Part shown: in pieces, positions 42,481-55,322 of the stretch | Position numbering within the stretch: the first letter of the stretch is position 1 | Layout of the letters: each line of letters starts with the position of its first letter | Assembly (NCBI GenBank): GCA_964016885.1 | Contig: OZ024746.1 | Location: forward strand, 65,410,001-65,474,000 | Source of the DNA: Eledone cirrhosa | Taxonomy: Eukaryota | Direction of reading: 5' to 3' | DNA: 64,000 nucleotides | Made by a program: the position numbers and the translations under genes | Notes under the pieces: model-generated | Databases searched by the model: none | What the model saw: only the letters and a program-made list of their open reading frames with translations | Told to the model about the DNA's origin: nothing

Positions 42481-42954
42481 ATACTTTGGGAGGGTCATGT
42501 TGCCAATAAGAAAACACACGAACCAGTTGCTTTCACTCCAATTTATTATAAATTAAATTTATAAATTTAAGAATTTATAAATTCCCGGTGGCTGATTGGT
42601 TCCACAACCGGACGGTTGTTCATATATTGTCAAAGTTATTTCGTCACACATTATGTGACCTCTTCAGTGACTGGGGATTCTTTACTTTGTTTTGTACCTC
42701 TACTTTGTTCTGTCCTACGCCATCTTTTTTCTGTGTGAACTTTGACAACATATGAACAACCGTCCGGTTATGGAACCAACCAACCAACCGGAAATTTATA
42801 AATTCTTAAATTTCTAAATTTAATTTATAATAAATTGGAGTGAAAGCAACTGGTGCGTGTGTTTCTTATTGGCAATATGACCCTCCCAAAGTATAACAAT
42901 ATCGGTTTCAACACACGTTTTCAGATAAAGAATCTTGCTAAACAAATTCAGAAA

Positions 42955-42956
<2 letters not shown>
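42473..42956. mobile_element. HHR family C fold-back element
   Basis: Arms 42473-42637 / 42738-42902 with a 100-bp centre containing the HHR core; ~55-bp tail; (TA)n flanks. Confidence 0.85.
42629..42671 (-). ncRNA. Hammerhead motif (family C)
   Basis: GTCA-CTGAAGA-G-GTCACA-TAATG-TGTGAC-GAAA-TAAC-TT-TGAC; stem III weak. Confidence 0.65.
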
Positions 42957-42990
<34 letters not shown>

Positions 42991-42995
<5 letters not shown>

Positions 42996-43898
42996 GTTAT
43001 TCCGGGTTGAATCGGAGGTAACCACAGTAAGTAAGGTACTCAATACATAGCAGAGTATAACAGTTTTAATATAGATGAGATTCTACAGGACTAGAACTGT
43101 TTCATTCATTAGAAATCATCAGGAATCTGGGTATCAAAAAATAAATATGGTATTTATAGGTCTCTACAAGTGGTAGGAGAGGGTGGGGAGTGGGATGGGT
43201 GCAGGTCATTGGTTGATAGAGAAGGGAATTCATTAAAAGCTAATTCTACATAGCTATAGTTAATTTATATTTATTTATGTTTTTAGAGTAACAAAGGCAG
43301 ACAGAATTCTATAAACAGGTTCCGGAAGGCATACCATTCCTTGTCAATAAGTTTCTCTTAAGCTAGCAGATGTCTATAAAATCAGTGGGGGGTCATTCAT
43401 GCTCGATAGAATTAAAGAAAAGGGAGGTTCTTTAAAAGCTAAAGTCATTAAGTTCTGCTAAGTGACAAAGGTCTAGGGAATTCTGCAGACAGATTCAAAA
43501 TACTGAGTGCATATCTTACTATTACCTTCGAACTTCTCTTAAACTAATCAACAATATGCCAAATCAACAGACACATTCACAAAAAAACAAAAAAAACCCA
43601 AAAAACAAAAAAACAGAAAAACAAAAAAAAACAAAAACAAAAAAAAACAAAAAAACCAAAAAAACCACACCTAAAAAAACACAAAAAAACACACATACTC
43701 ACTCACACACTTACGCGCAACCATAAACACACACATAAACACATATACACACATAAAAACACACACACATATATATATATAAAAAAAATATATATAAATA
43801 TATACAGATATATATTCATGTACACGCACATACATACACACATACATACAAACATACATATATAAAATACATATACACATATACATACGCACACATAT

Positions 43899-43980
<82 letters not shown>

Positions 43981-44093
43981 AATATATATATATATATATA
44001 CACATATATATATACACACATACACACACACACACACATACATACATATATATATACATATATATATACACATACATACATATATATACACAA

Positions 44094-44178
<85 letters not shown>

Positions 44179-44299
44179 GATACACAAACACATACACATA
44201 CATACACACATACACACATATATACACAAATAAATACACTCACACGCATACATACAAACACGAGTATACATATGTATAAATATCTATACACACACACAT

Positions 44300-44362
<63 letters not shown>

Positions 44363-44399
44363 CATATACACACATACATACACACACATATACACATAC

Positions 44400-44466
<67 letters not shown>

Positions 44467-44559
44467 TATACATATATACATATACACACATACACACACA
44501 TACACACACACATATACATATATATATATATATATATCCCTCTATACACACACATACAA

Positions 44560-44596
<37 letters not shown>

Positions 44597-44738
44597 TATA
44601 CACATACATATACACATATATATATATATATATATCCATACATACACAAACATACAGATGCATACGCAGACCTATACATAAATATACACATATATATACA
44701 GAGATATAACGCACATATACACACACATATATATACAT

Positions 44739-44789
<51 letters not shown>

Positions 44790-44810
44790 CACACGCATAC
44801 ACACACACAT

Positions 44811-44880
<70 letters not shown>

Positions 44881-44951
44881 GCGTGCATACACACATACAC
44901 ACACCCACACACAAAATATATATACACACACACACATTCTCTCTCTCATGC

Positions 44952-44990
<39 letters not shown>
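42991..44990 (-). mobile_element. Probable PLE 3' UTR/pLTR (family E) with microsatellite-rich body
   Basis: HHR near the (TA)n junction; the upstream 43670-44990 compound microsatellite is TG-rich in the element sense. Extent inferred. Confidence 0.5.
43078..43128 (-). ncRNA. Type I hammerhead ribozyme (family E)
   Basis: AGATTC-CTGATGA-TTTC-TAAT-GAAT-GAAA-CAG-TTCTAGTC-CTG-TA-GAATCT; 6-bp stem I, 4-bp stem III, GUA site. Confidence 0.85.
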
Positions 44991-44994
<4 letters not shown>

Positions 44995-45174
44995 GATAAA
45001 TCTACCAAGAGTTTACGGTAGTGTCCAATCCGTATGAAGAACTCAATGTATTCCGGATATCATGGAAAGAAGAGATGTAATGAAAATCCAATTTCGGTGA
45101 AAGATAAACGGTATACAGAGTCAAGATAAAATAAATAATGAACAAACAATTCCTTATATTAAACAAAAAAAGTT

Positions 45175-45325
45175 CACTATTTAACGATCGTTTCTAGGGC
45201 ATATATGTGCTATAATTGGTATGCATATTTAACAGATCTATGTACAAAATTATACAAAATTATACAAATTATCAAGATTAAATATACATACCTAACTCAT
45301 ATATACGCCGTCTTCAGAAATAATG
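45175..45325 (-). ncRNA. Hammerhead with extended stem II (inverted pLTR copy)
   Basis: Reverse complement of 51007-51157. Confidence 0.7.
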
Positions 45326-45457
45326 AAGTATATTTATTGATAATAACAACAATTCAAAATATCAGTTCAAAATTGACCAATGAAAACACAAAGGGTTAAA
45401 AAGCAGTTTGGTGTGTGTATATACATGTAAAACCCTACACACATTTTACAATAATGT

Positions 45458-47737
45458 GTGTATAATATGTATGTGCATACTAAAAAGATGGATGCAAATA
45501 AAAAATTTTCAAGGTTAATATCTCTTTTTTATTTAATTAAACATCTCAAATTTAAAAAGTATAAATCCGTCTTTCAAAAGGACCTTGATTCTACCCTATT
45601 GGACCTAAAAAAGTCTAAAAAAATCCATGTCCACTCGGACAAAACTGGTAACTTGTATCATATGGATATTGAACATTATAATGAGTTCATATATAAAGAA
45701 CTCAGAAAAAGTTATAAAAAATCTAATAACGCGTCACTCACCAACATCAACAACAAAACACACAACATAGTAAAAAAACTAAATATTGAAGATAGAACTG
45801 AACCTTTGGCATTGAGAAGTCCACACTTTAACCTGAAAGATCACAAATCTAACTTTAACTCTAATCCTTCTATTAGACTTATATGCCCCTCCAAATCAGA
45901 TATTGGAATAATTAGCAAAAAAATTTTAGATAGAGTCATCCCACAAATAAGAAAATACGTTATTTTACCACTCTGGGAAAACACCTCCCAGGTAATTAAT
46001 TGGTTTAAAAATATTAGGTGTAAATCTTCTGCTTCTTTCCTACAGTTTGATATAGATAACTATTATTCTTCTATATCACCCATACTCCTGAACAAAGCAT
46101 TAATATTTGCTAAAAATAGATCTAATTTAACTTCGGATGACATTAACATTATTACACATGCTAGACAAACACTTATTGAATTTCAGAATGAATACTGGAC
46201 CAGAAACACTTATAGTAATCTTTTTGATATTACTATGGGTTCAAGCGATTCTGCCCAAATTACTGATCTTGTGGGCCTCTTTCTCCTTTTCAACATAAAT
46301 GCCTCTTTTCCCCACCTCAAAGGTGGTTTATATCGTGATGACTGTCTTCTTCTTTCTAACAACCTTAGCCTTTCAGAAATCGAAAAAAACAAAAAGCATA
46401 TTAGAACTTTCCTTAAGGACTATTATAATCTTAATATTACTTTTGAAAAAACAAGTAAAGTAGTAAATTTCCTAGATATAACTTTAGATTTAGCTACGGG
46501 TATATACCAACCTTACCATAAACCTAACCAAAACTTACATTACATACACTCACAATCTAATCACCCTAAATCTATCCTTAAAAACCTTGCATATAATATA
46601 TCACTTAGAATTTCTAACCTTTCTTCTAACCAAGATGTATTTGATAAAAATGCGACCTTTTATAATGAAGCTCTAGATAGAAGTGGCCACAAAAATAGAT
46701 TAGAGTATATAACTTCTACTAAAAATACTGAAAACATACAGCAAAATATTACCAACAAACACCAAATGAAAGGTACACACCTAAATGCCACCCACAGTAT
46801 ACCCCAAAATACTAAATCTTCTAATATAAAGTATAGTAACCCTCAAAAAACTACTCATCATAAGACTATAATAAATATTAATAATAAAACTCCTAATAAA
46901 AAAGATAAAACACCTAAATCTACAAATATAACTAAAAATAGTTGTGGTGAGATCATTAACATTATTCCTCCTAGTAAAAATCATGATACAACATATAAAA
47001 ATAATAAAAATAATAAACAACATAGAAACCGTAATAGACGAGTTACTTGGTATAATGCTCCTTTTAATTTACAAGTTAAGGATAATATTGCTAAAAAATT
47101 TTTTTATATCCTTGAGAAAAACTTCCCGCCAAACCACAAATACCATCAAATCTTAAATAGGTCTACAGTTAAATTCTCATATTCTACAACAAATAACATA
47201 AAACAAAATATAAGTGCATATAATGCATATAAATGTAAGAAAACTATAAGTATACCACCAGTACATCAAATTAACAATAATATCTCCTCAAATATAGAAT
47301 TAACGAAAGGATGTAACTGTAGAAATAAAACAAACTGCCCATTAAAAGGGAATTGTCTTGTTAACAACATAGTCTATAAATGTAATGTTAAAACTAAAGA
47401 TTCTATTTGCTCATATATAGGAGCTACCTCTAACAATTTTAAGACAAGGTATAATACCCACAAACATAGCTTTAAAAATGCCGCACTGGCTAATACAACA
47501 TCTCTAGCAGAAAAAATCAATAGTTATAAAAATAAAAATATAAAATATGATTTGACCTGGAGTGTGCTCAAAAGAGCCACCCCTTATCAAAATAATAGAA
47601 AGGAATGTAGATTATGTTCCCAAGAACTATTTGAAATAATGAAGTCTAGGGATATCTTATTAAATAAAAGACAGGAATTAATTATATCGTGTAATCATAA
47701 ACTAAAAAAAACATTTAAATATTATAAACCTAATTAA
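45458..47737 (+). CDS. Penelope-like (Naiad-type) reverse transcriptase + GIY-YIG endonuclease, 5'-truncated but open
   Basis: SDKTGNLY, LKDHK, RLICPSKSDIG, FDIDNYYSSI, MGSSDSAQITDLVG, GLYRDD, NFLDITL, SNHP, CNCR..CPL.G.CL..IVYKC, YIGAT, RYNTH, CRLC..E, LNKRQE..C.H. Homology starts at about 45526. Confidence 0.92.
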   Translation: MYNMYVHTKKMDANKKFSRLISLFYLIKHLKFKKYKSVFQKDLDSTLLDLKKSKKIHVHSDKTGNLYHMDIEHYNEFIYKELRKSYKKSNNASLTNINNKTHNIVKKLNIEDRTEPLALRSPHFNLKDHKSNFNSNPSIRLICPSKSDIGIISKKILDRVIPQIRKYVILPLWENTSQVINWFKNIRCKSSASFLQFDIDNYYSSISPILLNKALIFAKNRSNLTSDDINIITHARQTLIEFQNEYWTRNTYSNLFDITMGSSDSAQITDLVGLFLLFNINASFPHLKGGLYRDDCLLLSNNLSLSEIEKNKKHIRTFLKDYYNLNITFEKTSKVVNFLDITLDLATGIYQPYHKPNQNLHYIHSQSNHPKSILKNLAYNISLRISNLSSNQDVFDKNATFYNEALDRSGHKNRLEYITSTKNTENIQQNITNKHQMKGTHLNATHSIPQNTKSSNIKYSNPQKTTHHKTIININNKTPNKKDKTPKSTNITKNSCGEIINIIPPSKNHDTTYKNNKNNKQHRNRNRRVTWYNAPFNLQVKDNIAKKFFYILEKNFPPNHKYHQILNRSTVKFSYSTTNNIKQNISAYNAYKCKKTISIPPVHQINNNISSNIELTKGCNCRNKTNCPLKGNCLVNNIVYKCNVKTKDSICSYIGATSNNFKTRYNTHKHSFKNAALANTTSLAEKINSYKNKNIKYDLTWSVLKRATPYQNNRKECRLCSQELFEIMKSRDILLNKRQELIISCNHKLKKTFKYYKPN

Positions 47738-48259
47738 TAACATTATTCTAGAATTTAATTTAATTTAAATGTTAGTTAACCTATAAATTTAATTTAATTA
47801 ATATTTTATTACAGATGAGAAAATATTATGTAATCATTAATTTTGAAAAACCTTTAAATATTACTAATATATATTCAGTAATTTAATTTATAGATTAATT
47901 TTAACTTATTTTAACCTTTTATTATAATTTTTTAATTTTTTTTAATTTAGTTTAACCTTTTATTATAAAATTTTTTTTATTATAATTCTTTTACAGATAA
48001 AATATAACAAAATAATATCATGTATCCTATGACGGAGAAAGAATTTTTAGTATTATTGACCTAATTAATATACATTTTGGAAATATATTTATTATTTGGT
48101 TTTAGCTTTAATCAACCTAAAACTTTAATTTTAATTTTAATTTGCTTAAAATTAGTATCCTTGTACAGACGAATTGCAGAATTTCATGTAATCATAGAAT
48201 GGGAGGTGTTTTTGGATATATACCTAGTTTAATATATTCTGTGCAAATTTTTTGAAAAA

Positions 48260-49440
48260 GATATGTATATCTATATGTATATGTATATATGTGTGTATTG
48301 TATGTGTATCTGTATGTATATTTATGTGACTATATATGTATGTACGTGTGTATATATATGTATATATATATATATATATATGTGTATATATATGTATATG
48401 TATGTGTATGTGTATGTATATGTATGTGTATGCGTATTAATTTTGATTTTTATTTGCATATAATTATATTATGCTATTGATGAAATACAATATCTGCTTT
48501 ATGTATTGTATACCTAATTAACATATACTAATTAACATATACTATTGAAATAAATATATAATTTTTAACTTAGTTTACATATAATTTATATGCTACTACC
48601 GATGTAATACTTTATTTTATTTTTATTTGGGTTTCTTTTCCCTATTATTAACTTTAATTTAGTTATAATGTAATTAATAATTTACTATTGTTTGACTTCA
48701 TAATTCTGCTTCAAATATTATAAACCTAACTAATTTACACCTTGGAAATCAATATGTTGACTATCTTTGGTTTAGTTGACATATGATTAATGGTATACTT
48801 TTTTATTTTGTGATGCATAGATTTCGTATTTCCTGGCATTGAAAATATGTAAGAACATACATTGAATTAAGATATGGAAAAATATTATAGGTTTCTTGAA
48901 ACATATATTTACTTTGATCCCCTTCTCCAAACCCCCCCCTTTCCCCCATACTATTATCATCTGTTTTTGTAAGTGTATATGTATGAATATATGGGTAGAT
49001 GGGTTCTATATAGTTTTTTTTGGTATTTATTTCTAGATATAAAAATACATATATGAGCATGTATATATGAATGTAAGATTGAGTGTGTATATATGATTGT
49101 ACATACATATGTATGTATATGTATGTATATATATGTATTATATATGTACGTGTATGTGAATGTGTGGTATATATATGTGTAAGTATATGTATATATGTGT
49201 GCGTATGTGTATGCTTGTATATAGGAATATATGTGTGTGTATATATGTATATATGTATATGCGTGTTTGCATGTATGTGTATATGGGTTCTGTATATATT
49301 TGTATGTCTCTCTATTTATATGTTTATCTTCGTATCTATGTGATATATGTGTGTGTGTGTGCATGTATGCATATGTATGTGTTTGTGTGTGTTTGTATGT
49401 GTGTGTGTATATATATGTATGTATTTGCGCACACTCACAT

Positions 49441-49475
<35 letters not shown>

Positions 49476-49571
49476 AGTGTGTATGTGTGTCTGAATGTGT
49501 GTGCGTGTGTATATATGTGTATATATATATATATATATGTGTATGTATGTGTATGTGTGTGTATATAGATA

Positions 49572-49610
<39 letters not shown>

Positions 49611-49749
49611 ATATAGGTGTCTATGTGTGAATATATGTCTTTATTCGTATGTGTGTATTTATATATGTTTATATTTAGGTGTATGTATGTATGTGTATGT
49701 ATGTATGTATATGTATGTGTATGTATGTATATGTGTATATGTGTGTATA

Positions 49750-49792
<43 letters not shown>

Positions 49793-49884
49793 CTTTATTA
49801 TTATTGTAATATAACTTATGTGTATATGTGTATAAGTGAGGTTGTGTATGTATATATACTATGTGTATATATAAAGGTAATGAA

Positions 49885-49921
<37 letters not shown>

Positions 49922-50034
49922 CATGTCTGTATTTTATGTGTGTGTGTATATATATGTATATATGTGTATGTGTGTATATGTGTATGTATATATGCATATA
50001 TGTGTACGTGTGTGTATGTTTATATATATACATA

Positions 50035-50065
<31 letters not shown>

Positions 50066-50177
50066 CTGGATGTTTGTATGTGTTTTCATGTTGGTATGAG
50101 TGTGGGATATATATGTTTATGTATAAGTATATGTATGTGTATGTATATATATATGAGTCTATGTGTGTGTGTGTATA

Positions 50178-50230
<53 letters not shown>

Positions 50231-50420
50231 ATGTGTGTATGTGTTGCGCGTGTGTGTGTCCGTATTTTTATCTTTTTATATGTGTATGTGTATGTTCGTG
50301 TAAATGTACGTGTGTGTAGGACATTATAGGTATGTGTGTATGTATGTATGTGTAGATATCTCTATGTGCGCGTACATGTATGTATGTGTATGTATATCTG
50401 TATGCGTATGTACATTATAT
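48260..50420. repeat. Compound degenerate (TG/TA)n tracts within the PLE 3' region
   Basis: Directly visible. Confidence 0.85.
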
Positions 50421-51006
50421 TATGTAATATATTTTATTGTTTTTATTTTTTTATTTTTCATAATTTATAGATACATTTATATTAGGCTGTCTGGTCTGAC
50501 AACCTAATACTGACCCCTCCCCCCCCCTCCCACCTAATTTCTGTATCTTGATCTTGAAATGTGTGTATCAGTGTGTTTATGTGAGTGACTTAATTTCTAT
50601 TTGCTTATGATTTTATATCCACATATATAAATGTGAGTGGGGGGTGTGTGTGTGTTTGTGTGTTCGTGGTTATGTGTATATTTTTATATATATACGCACA
50701 TGTATGTGTGATTATACTGATATGTGTGAGTATGAAAAGAAAAAATATATTTATATGCTTGACTACATAAGTATCATTGCGTATTTTATCAGCGCATTAA
50801 GCTTACAGAGATATTAACCTTGAAAATTTTTTATTTGCATCCATCTTTTTAGTATGCACATACATATTATACACACATTATTGTAAAATGTGTGTAGGGT
50901 TTTACATGTATATACACACACCAAACTGCTTTTTAACCCTTTGTGTTTTCATTGGTCAATTTTGAACTGATATTTTGAATTGTTGTTATTATCAATAAAT
51001 ATACTT

Positions 51007-51157
51007 CATTATTTCTGAAGACGGCGTATATATGAGTTAGGTATGTATATTTAATCTTGATAATTTGTATAATTTTGTATAATTTTGTACATAGATCTGT
51101 TAAATATGCATACCAATTATAGCACATATATGCCCTAGAAACGATCGTTAAATAGTG
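51007..51157 (+). ncRNA. Type I hammerhead ribozyme with ~115-nt stem II
   Basis: CATTATTT-CTGAAGA-cGGCGTATAT...ATATATGCCcta-GAAA-CGATCG-TT-AAATAGTG; stem III AACGATCGTT is a perfect palindrome. Confidence 0.75.
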
Positions 51158-51198
51158 AACTTTTTTTGTTTAATATAAGGAATTGTTTGTTCATTATT

Positions 51199-51206
<8 letters not shown>

Positions 51207-51252
<46 letters not shown>

Positions 51253-51339
51253 ATATACACAGACACATACAAATACATACATACATACACATACGCATAC
51301 ACAAATATATACATATACATATACATATACATACATATA

Positions 51340-51429
<90 letters not shown>

Positions 51430-51538
51430 TACATATACATACATACACACACATACATACATACATACATACATATATACAGACACATACAAACATATAC
51501 CTGCATAAATATACACACATAAAACACGTATTCACACA

Positions 51539-51592
<54 letters not shown>

Positions 51593-51608
51593 TACATACA
51601 TACACACA

Positions 51609-51648
<40 letters not shown>

Positions 51649-51681
51649 TAAACATAAATATAAATATATATACATATACAT

Positions 51682-51752
<71 letters not shown>

Positions 51753-51832
51753 CATACATACACATACACATATATATACACACACAACACATACACATAT
51801 ACACATATACAAACAAATATATACACATACAA
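51207..51832. repeat. Compound degenerate (CA/TA)n tract
   Basis: Directly visible; lies downstream of the minus-strand Naiad fragment. Confidence 0.85.
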
Positions 51833-52009
51833 GTAAATAGGTACTCAATAAATATACGCATATACACAGGCACATAAAGACACCTCTACAGGCAGAAAAA
51901 GTAGATACAAAAGAGGTACTCACATGACCATAGTGGCCGTATTACAGGTTGAGGAGGGGTGGGGGTAGGGTGGGGAGGAGGTATAGGGGCCAATAGGGGG
52001 AGGTCGTTT

Positions 52010-52250
52010 TTAGCCATCGGGCTTTAACACTGGCTTAAAGTGTTTGAATGTTGCAAAGTTCTTGTGCATGCAGTTCGGGCAGTGTTCAGAGAGTTTGTTC
52101 AGTAGCGGGCCCTTGGCGAATAAAATTTCGTAACTCTCTGAAATACAAAGGTCGCAGCCCTTGTGTCCTCCGTCGTAAGAGCGCGCTTTCTGGAGTATTT
52201 TCCAATTAAGCGTGAAGGGGGTGGAGTTCCTTTTGAGGTCCCAAATATAT
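52010..52250 (-). pseudogene. C-terminal GIY-YIG fragment of another Naiad-type PLE
   Basis: IWDLKRNSTPFTLNWKILQKARSYDGGHKGCDLCISESYEIL...LLNKLSE...CMHK...* (not in the ORF track). Confidence 0.85.
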
Positions 52251-52316
52251 ATAAAGGTCCCATATATATATAAAGTTAAATAAAAGTCAAATGATTAAAA
52301 TTTAGCTTCGTTTATT

Positions 52317-52371
52317 ACTGCTATATATATTTCAGTGACAGCCATCTTTGGCTGTGACCTCTTCAGGCAGT
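52317..52371 (-). ncRNA. Type I hammerhead ribozyme (family D, left arm)
   Basis: Reverse complement of 53530-53584. Confidence 0.85.
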
Positions 52372-53529
52372 TTGAATTAGTATGGTATAGACAAGTACAT
52401 ATGTTGTTTAGGTGTATGATATTGTCAATACTCTGATATGCCCAGTTCCTTGTTGGGTTGTTAATTCACTGGGGAACTGGAGTCATATGCATTCAAACAA
52501 ACGAATTTTCGTGTCACAGGTCCCCTTCTCCTCTCATTGGTCAGTTATTAGAACATTCTTCATTCTAAGTGTTGTTATTGTTGGAGTTAGCTTAAAAATT
52601 GATAAATTTATTAATTTGTTATTTGTTTTCTGCCCTCTTCACTGTATCACCTTATATTTATTTTAAGTTGAGATAGATTATAACACAAACACATTGAATA
52701 TCTCATCTTAACATCTTGTATCATACCAATCTATCCAACATATTCTGACCTTGAGATTGGTTATAGCACACACACACACACTTTATCCTACATTATTTCT
52801 CACTTCTCCATATACATTATCATTACCTTTTCACCAATCTCTCATTTACTCTTTATTCTTTATTCTCTATTTATTTATTTATTTTCAAATTACACAAATT
52901 ATATTAATTATTTTATTTTATTATATTATTTATTTATTTTCTGTTTTCTTCATTTATTGCCTTATATCTCTTCATATACATGAAATAACCCCCCCCCCCC
53001 CCACCACCACTACGATGGTGGCGGGTGGGAGGAAGAGAAAACACAAACAAACTGGATACTTCTAAATTGTTAGCAGCAGCAAGATATAAGCTGACCACTA
53101 CAACAACAACAGTACCAAAATAATGGTGGAGGTCAAATGTACTGAACAATAGCAGGCAAAAACACTACAGGGAGCCTCACCCCAGAAAGAATTCTATAGA
53201 CTTCTGACTGAGGAATGCTCTAAGAACTGAACAATGGGAAGTTTGACACATTTTTTGATATTTTGTTCCTTCAAAACCTTGTCCCTTCTACCATTTTATC
53301 AATTTGTAAGCTAACTCCAACAATAACAACACTTAGAATGAAGAATGTTCTAATCACTGACCAATGAGAGGAGAAGGGGACCTGTGACACGAAAATTCGT
53401 TTGTTTGAATTCATATGACTCCAGTTCCCCAGTGAATTAACAACCCAACAAGGAACTAGGCATATCAGAGTATTGACAATATCATACACCTAAACAACAT
53501 ATGTACTTGTCTATACCATACTAATTCAA

Positions 53530-53584
53530 ACTGCCTGAAGAGGTCACAGCCAAAGATGGCTGTCACTGAAATATATATAGCAGT
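53530..53584 (+). ncRNA. Type I hammerhead ribozyme (family D, right arm)
   Basis: ACTGC-CTGAAGA-GGTCACAGCCA-AAGA-TGGCTGTCACT-GAAA-TATATA-TA-GCAGT. Confidence 0.85.
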
Positions 53585-53781
53585 AATAAACGAAGCTAAA
53601 TTTTAATCATTTGACTTTTATTTAACTTTATTTTACACTACTCCGGAGTAACCAAACCAACCTGCGCACTTCGTCGAGTGCTCCAGCCTGCATACTGAGG
53701 TGTTGGTATACAACCAACATAAACTCAAAATCTCTCTCTATATATATATATAAATATATATATATATGTATATATATGTGT

Positions 53782-53953
53782 GTAGGGAAAAGAGTCAGGA
53801 CTCCGACGGCTGAGCTCCGGCCGTTTCGACAGCTAGATCCGAACCCCGTCGGCGTCCTGCCTCTTTTCCCTATTACCCACTCTACTACCCTTAGTGTCGA
53901 GTACTCTGGTGCGTTATGGTCCACCTCGTATCTTACCACACCTTCTTTGTTAT
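53782..53953 (+). mobile_element. Family G fold-back mini-element
   Basis: Inverted arm gggaaaagagtcaggactccgacgg... / ccgtcggcgtcctgcctcttttccc plus tail. Confidence 0.8.
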
Positions 53954-54381
53954 ACATATATATATATATATGGGGTTCGACTCCTTGAAGCGGTCGATGT
54001 CAACTTCGTTTTTTTCATCTGTAAGGTTCCTCACTCTATTTTATATGATATTTTGTAACATCTCCGTACGTGAACACATCAATGTTTATAAAAAACTTAT
54101 CCCCCAGCCCTTCGTAAAAGATGGACTACGTATACACGATGTTTGTTGACATTCAATAGCGTTGATTCAGCTATCTACCCTAAGACGGTATGAGTTGCCG
54201 CGGTCCTTTCTCTTAACGGTTTAAAGAGCATAACCGGTATCTGGGAGAAAGCGGCTGATGGAAAACTTTTTTTCGTCTTTTTAATGGTCTTCACGCTATC
54301 TTATAGCATCATTGCGCATGAGCACACTACTCATGTATTTATATATACATATTTTATTAACATTAAATTAGAAGCTTCAAA

Positions 54382-54572
54382 GGGGTGGTGGATGTGCAGA
54401 ATCGGTAGAGGGTCGGACACCATGCTTTGAAGCATAGAGTTACGGCCTTTGCCATTCTGAGTTCAAATCCCACCGAGGTTAACTTTGCCATTCATCCTTA
54501 CGGGATCGATAAAATATAGTACCAGTAATGCACTGGGTAATTGCTGGCCTTGTACTAAAAGTAGAGACAATT
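54382..54572 (+). mobile_element. Family 1 SINE with ~17-bp TSD
   Basis: aattagaagcttcaaag on both sides. Confidence 0.9.
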
Positions 54573-54971
54573 TAATTAGAAGCTTCAAAGAACGTACTTC
54601 TTTTCTCCATGAAAATAGTCCAACTCATCAGGCATACAGTAAAATTAGAGAGTAAAATGTCGAAAGCATAACGCAGGAACGGGGAAAGATAAATAGACTT
54701 TCGTCAAGAATGGAGGGAGAGGGAGGATGCCGGTAAGAAGAAAGTTAGTTAATTATATATGTGAGTGAAGATGTGTGTAATGATACAAATCCAATTAAAA
54801 GGACCCAGTGAATTTAAGATGAACTATAAATATCCCTTCACTTGTTATATATAAAGTAAATAACATTTGCTATAAAATATTTCCCACACACGTATACAGA
54901 CACACACAGATATACACATAAGCGCACAGTACACGCACACACGAATACAGTCACACACGCGCTTATATATA

Positions 54972-55062
54972 TAGGAAAAGAGTCAGGACCCCGATGGCTG
55001 AGCTCCGGCCGTTTCGACAGCTAGATCCGGTTCGATTCCTTAAGTAGTCGATGTCAACTTCA
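54972..55062 (-). mobile_element. Family G arm fragment
   Basis: Matches 53784-53840 and 53974-54007. Confidence 0.7.
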
Positions 55063-55147
55063 ACCATACATCCCATTTCATAACATACATCCCATTCCAG
55101 TAATATATCCCCATATACAATGATATATTAACAATATTACTGTTCTT

Positions 55148-55322
55148 TGGCAGTATCGGTAGAGGGTCGGACGCCATGCTTTCCAGCATAGTTACGTCCC
55201 TTTACGATCTGAGTTCAAATTCCGCCGAGGTTGACTTTGCCTTTCATCCTTACGGGGTCGATAAAATAAAGTACCAGTAATGCACTGGGTATTTGCTGGC
55301 CTTGTGCCTAAAGTAGAAACAA
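55148..55322 (+). mobile_element. Family 1 SINE with ~12-bp TSD
   Basis: attactgttctt on both sides. Confidence 0.9.

Larger units (their letters stand above)
44992..51206 (+). mobile_element. Naiad-type Penelope-like element with inverted upstream pLTR
   Basis: 400-bp inverted repeat 45126-45525 / 50807-51206, RT-GIY-YIG ORF, ~3.4-kb 3' region, (TA)n flanks. Confidence 0.9.
52270..53732. mobile_element. HHR family D fold-back element (337-bp arms, 688-bp spacer, ~100-bp tail)
   Basis: Arms 52270-52606 / 53295-53631; mirror ORFs 52412(+)/53489(-). Confidence 0.9.

Noticed and set aside
43671-44933. 420-aa and many other YI/CV/HT/ER-repeat ORFs
   Set aside because: Translations of dinucleotide microsatellites, not genes.
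45458-47737. Selenocysteine recoding as known for some Naiad PLEs
   Set aside because: The ORF has no in-frame TGA and ends in TAA; the internal stop in the 60027 element is TAA. No SECIS could be identified by eye.
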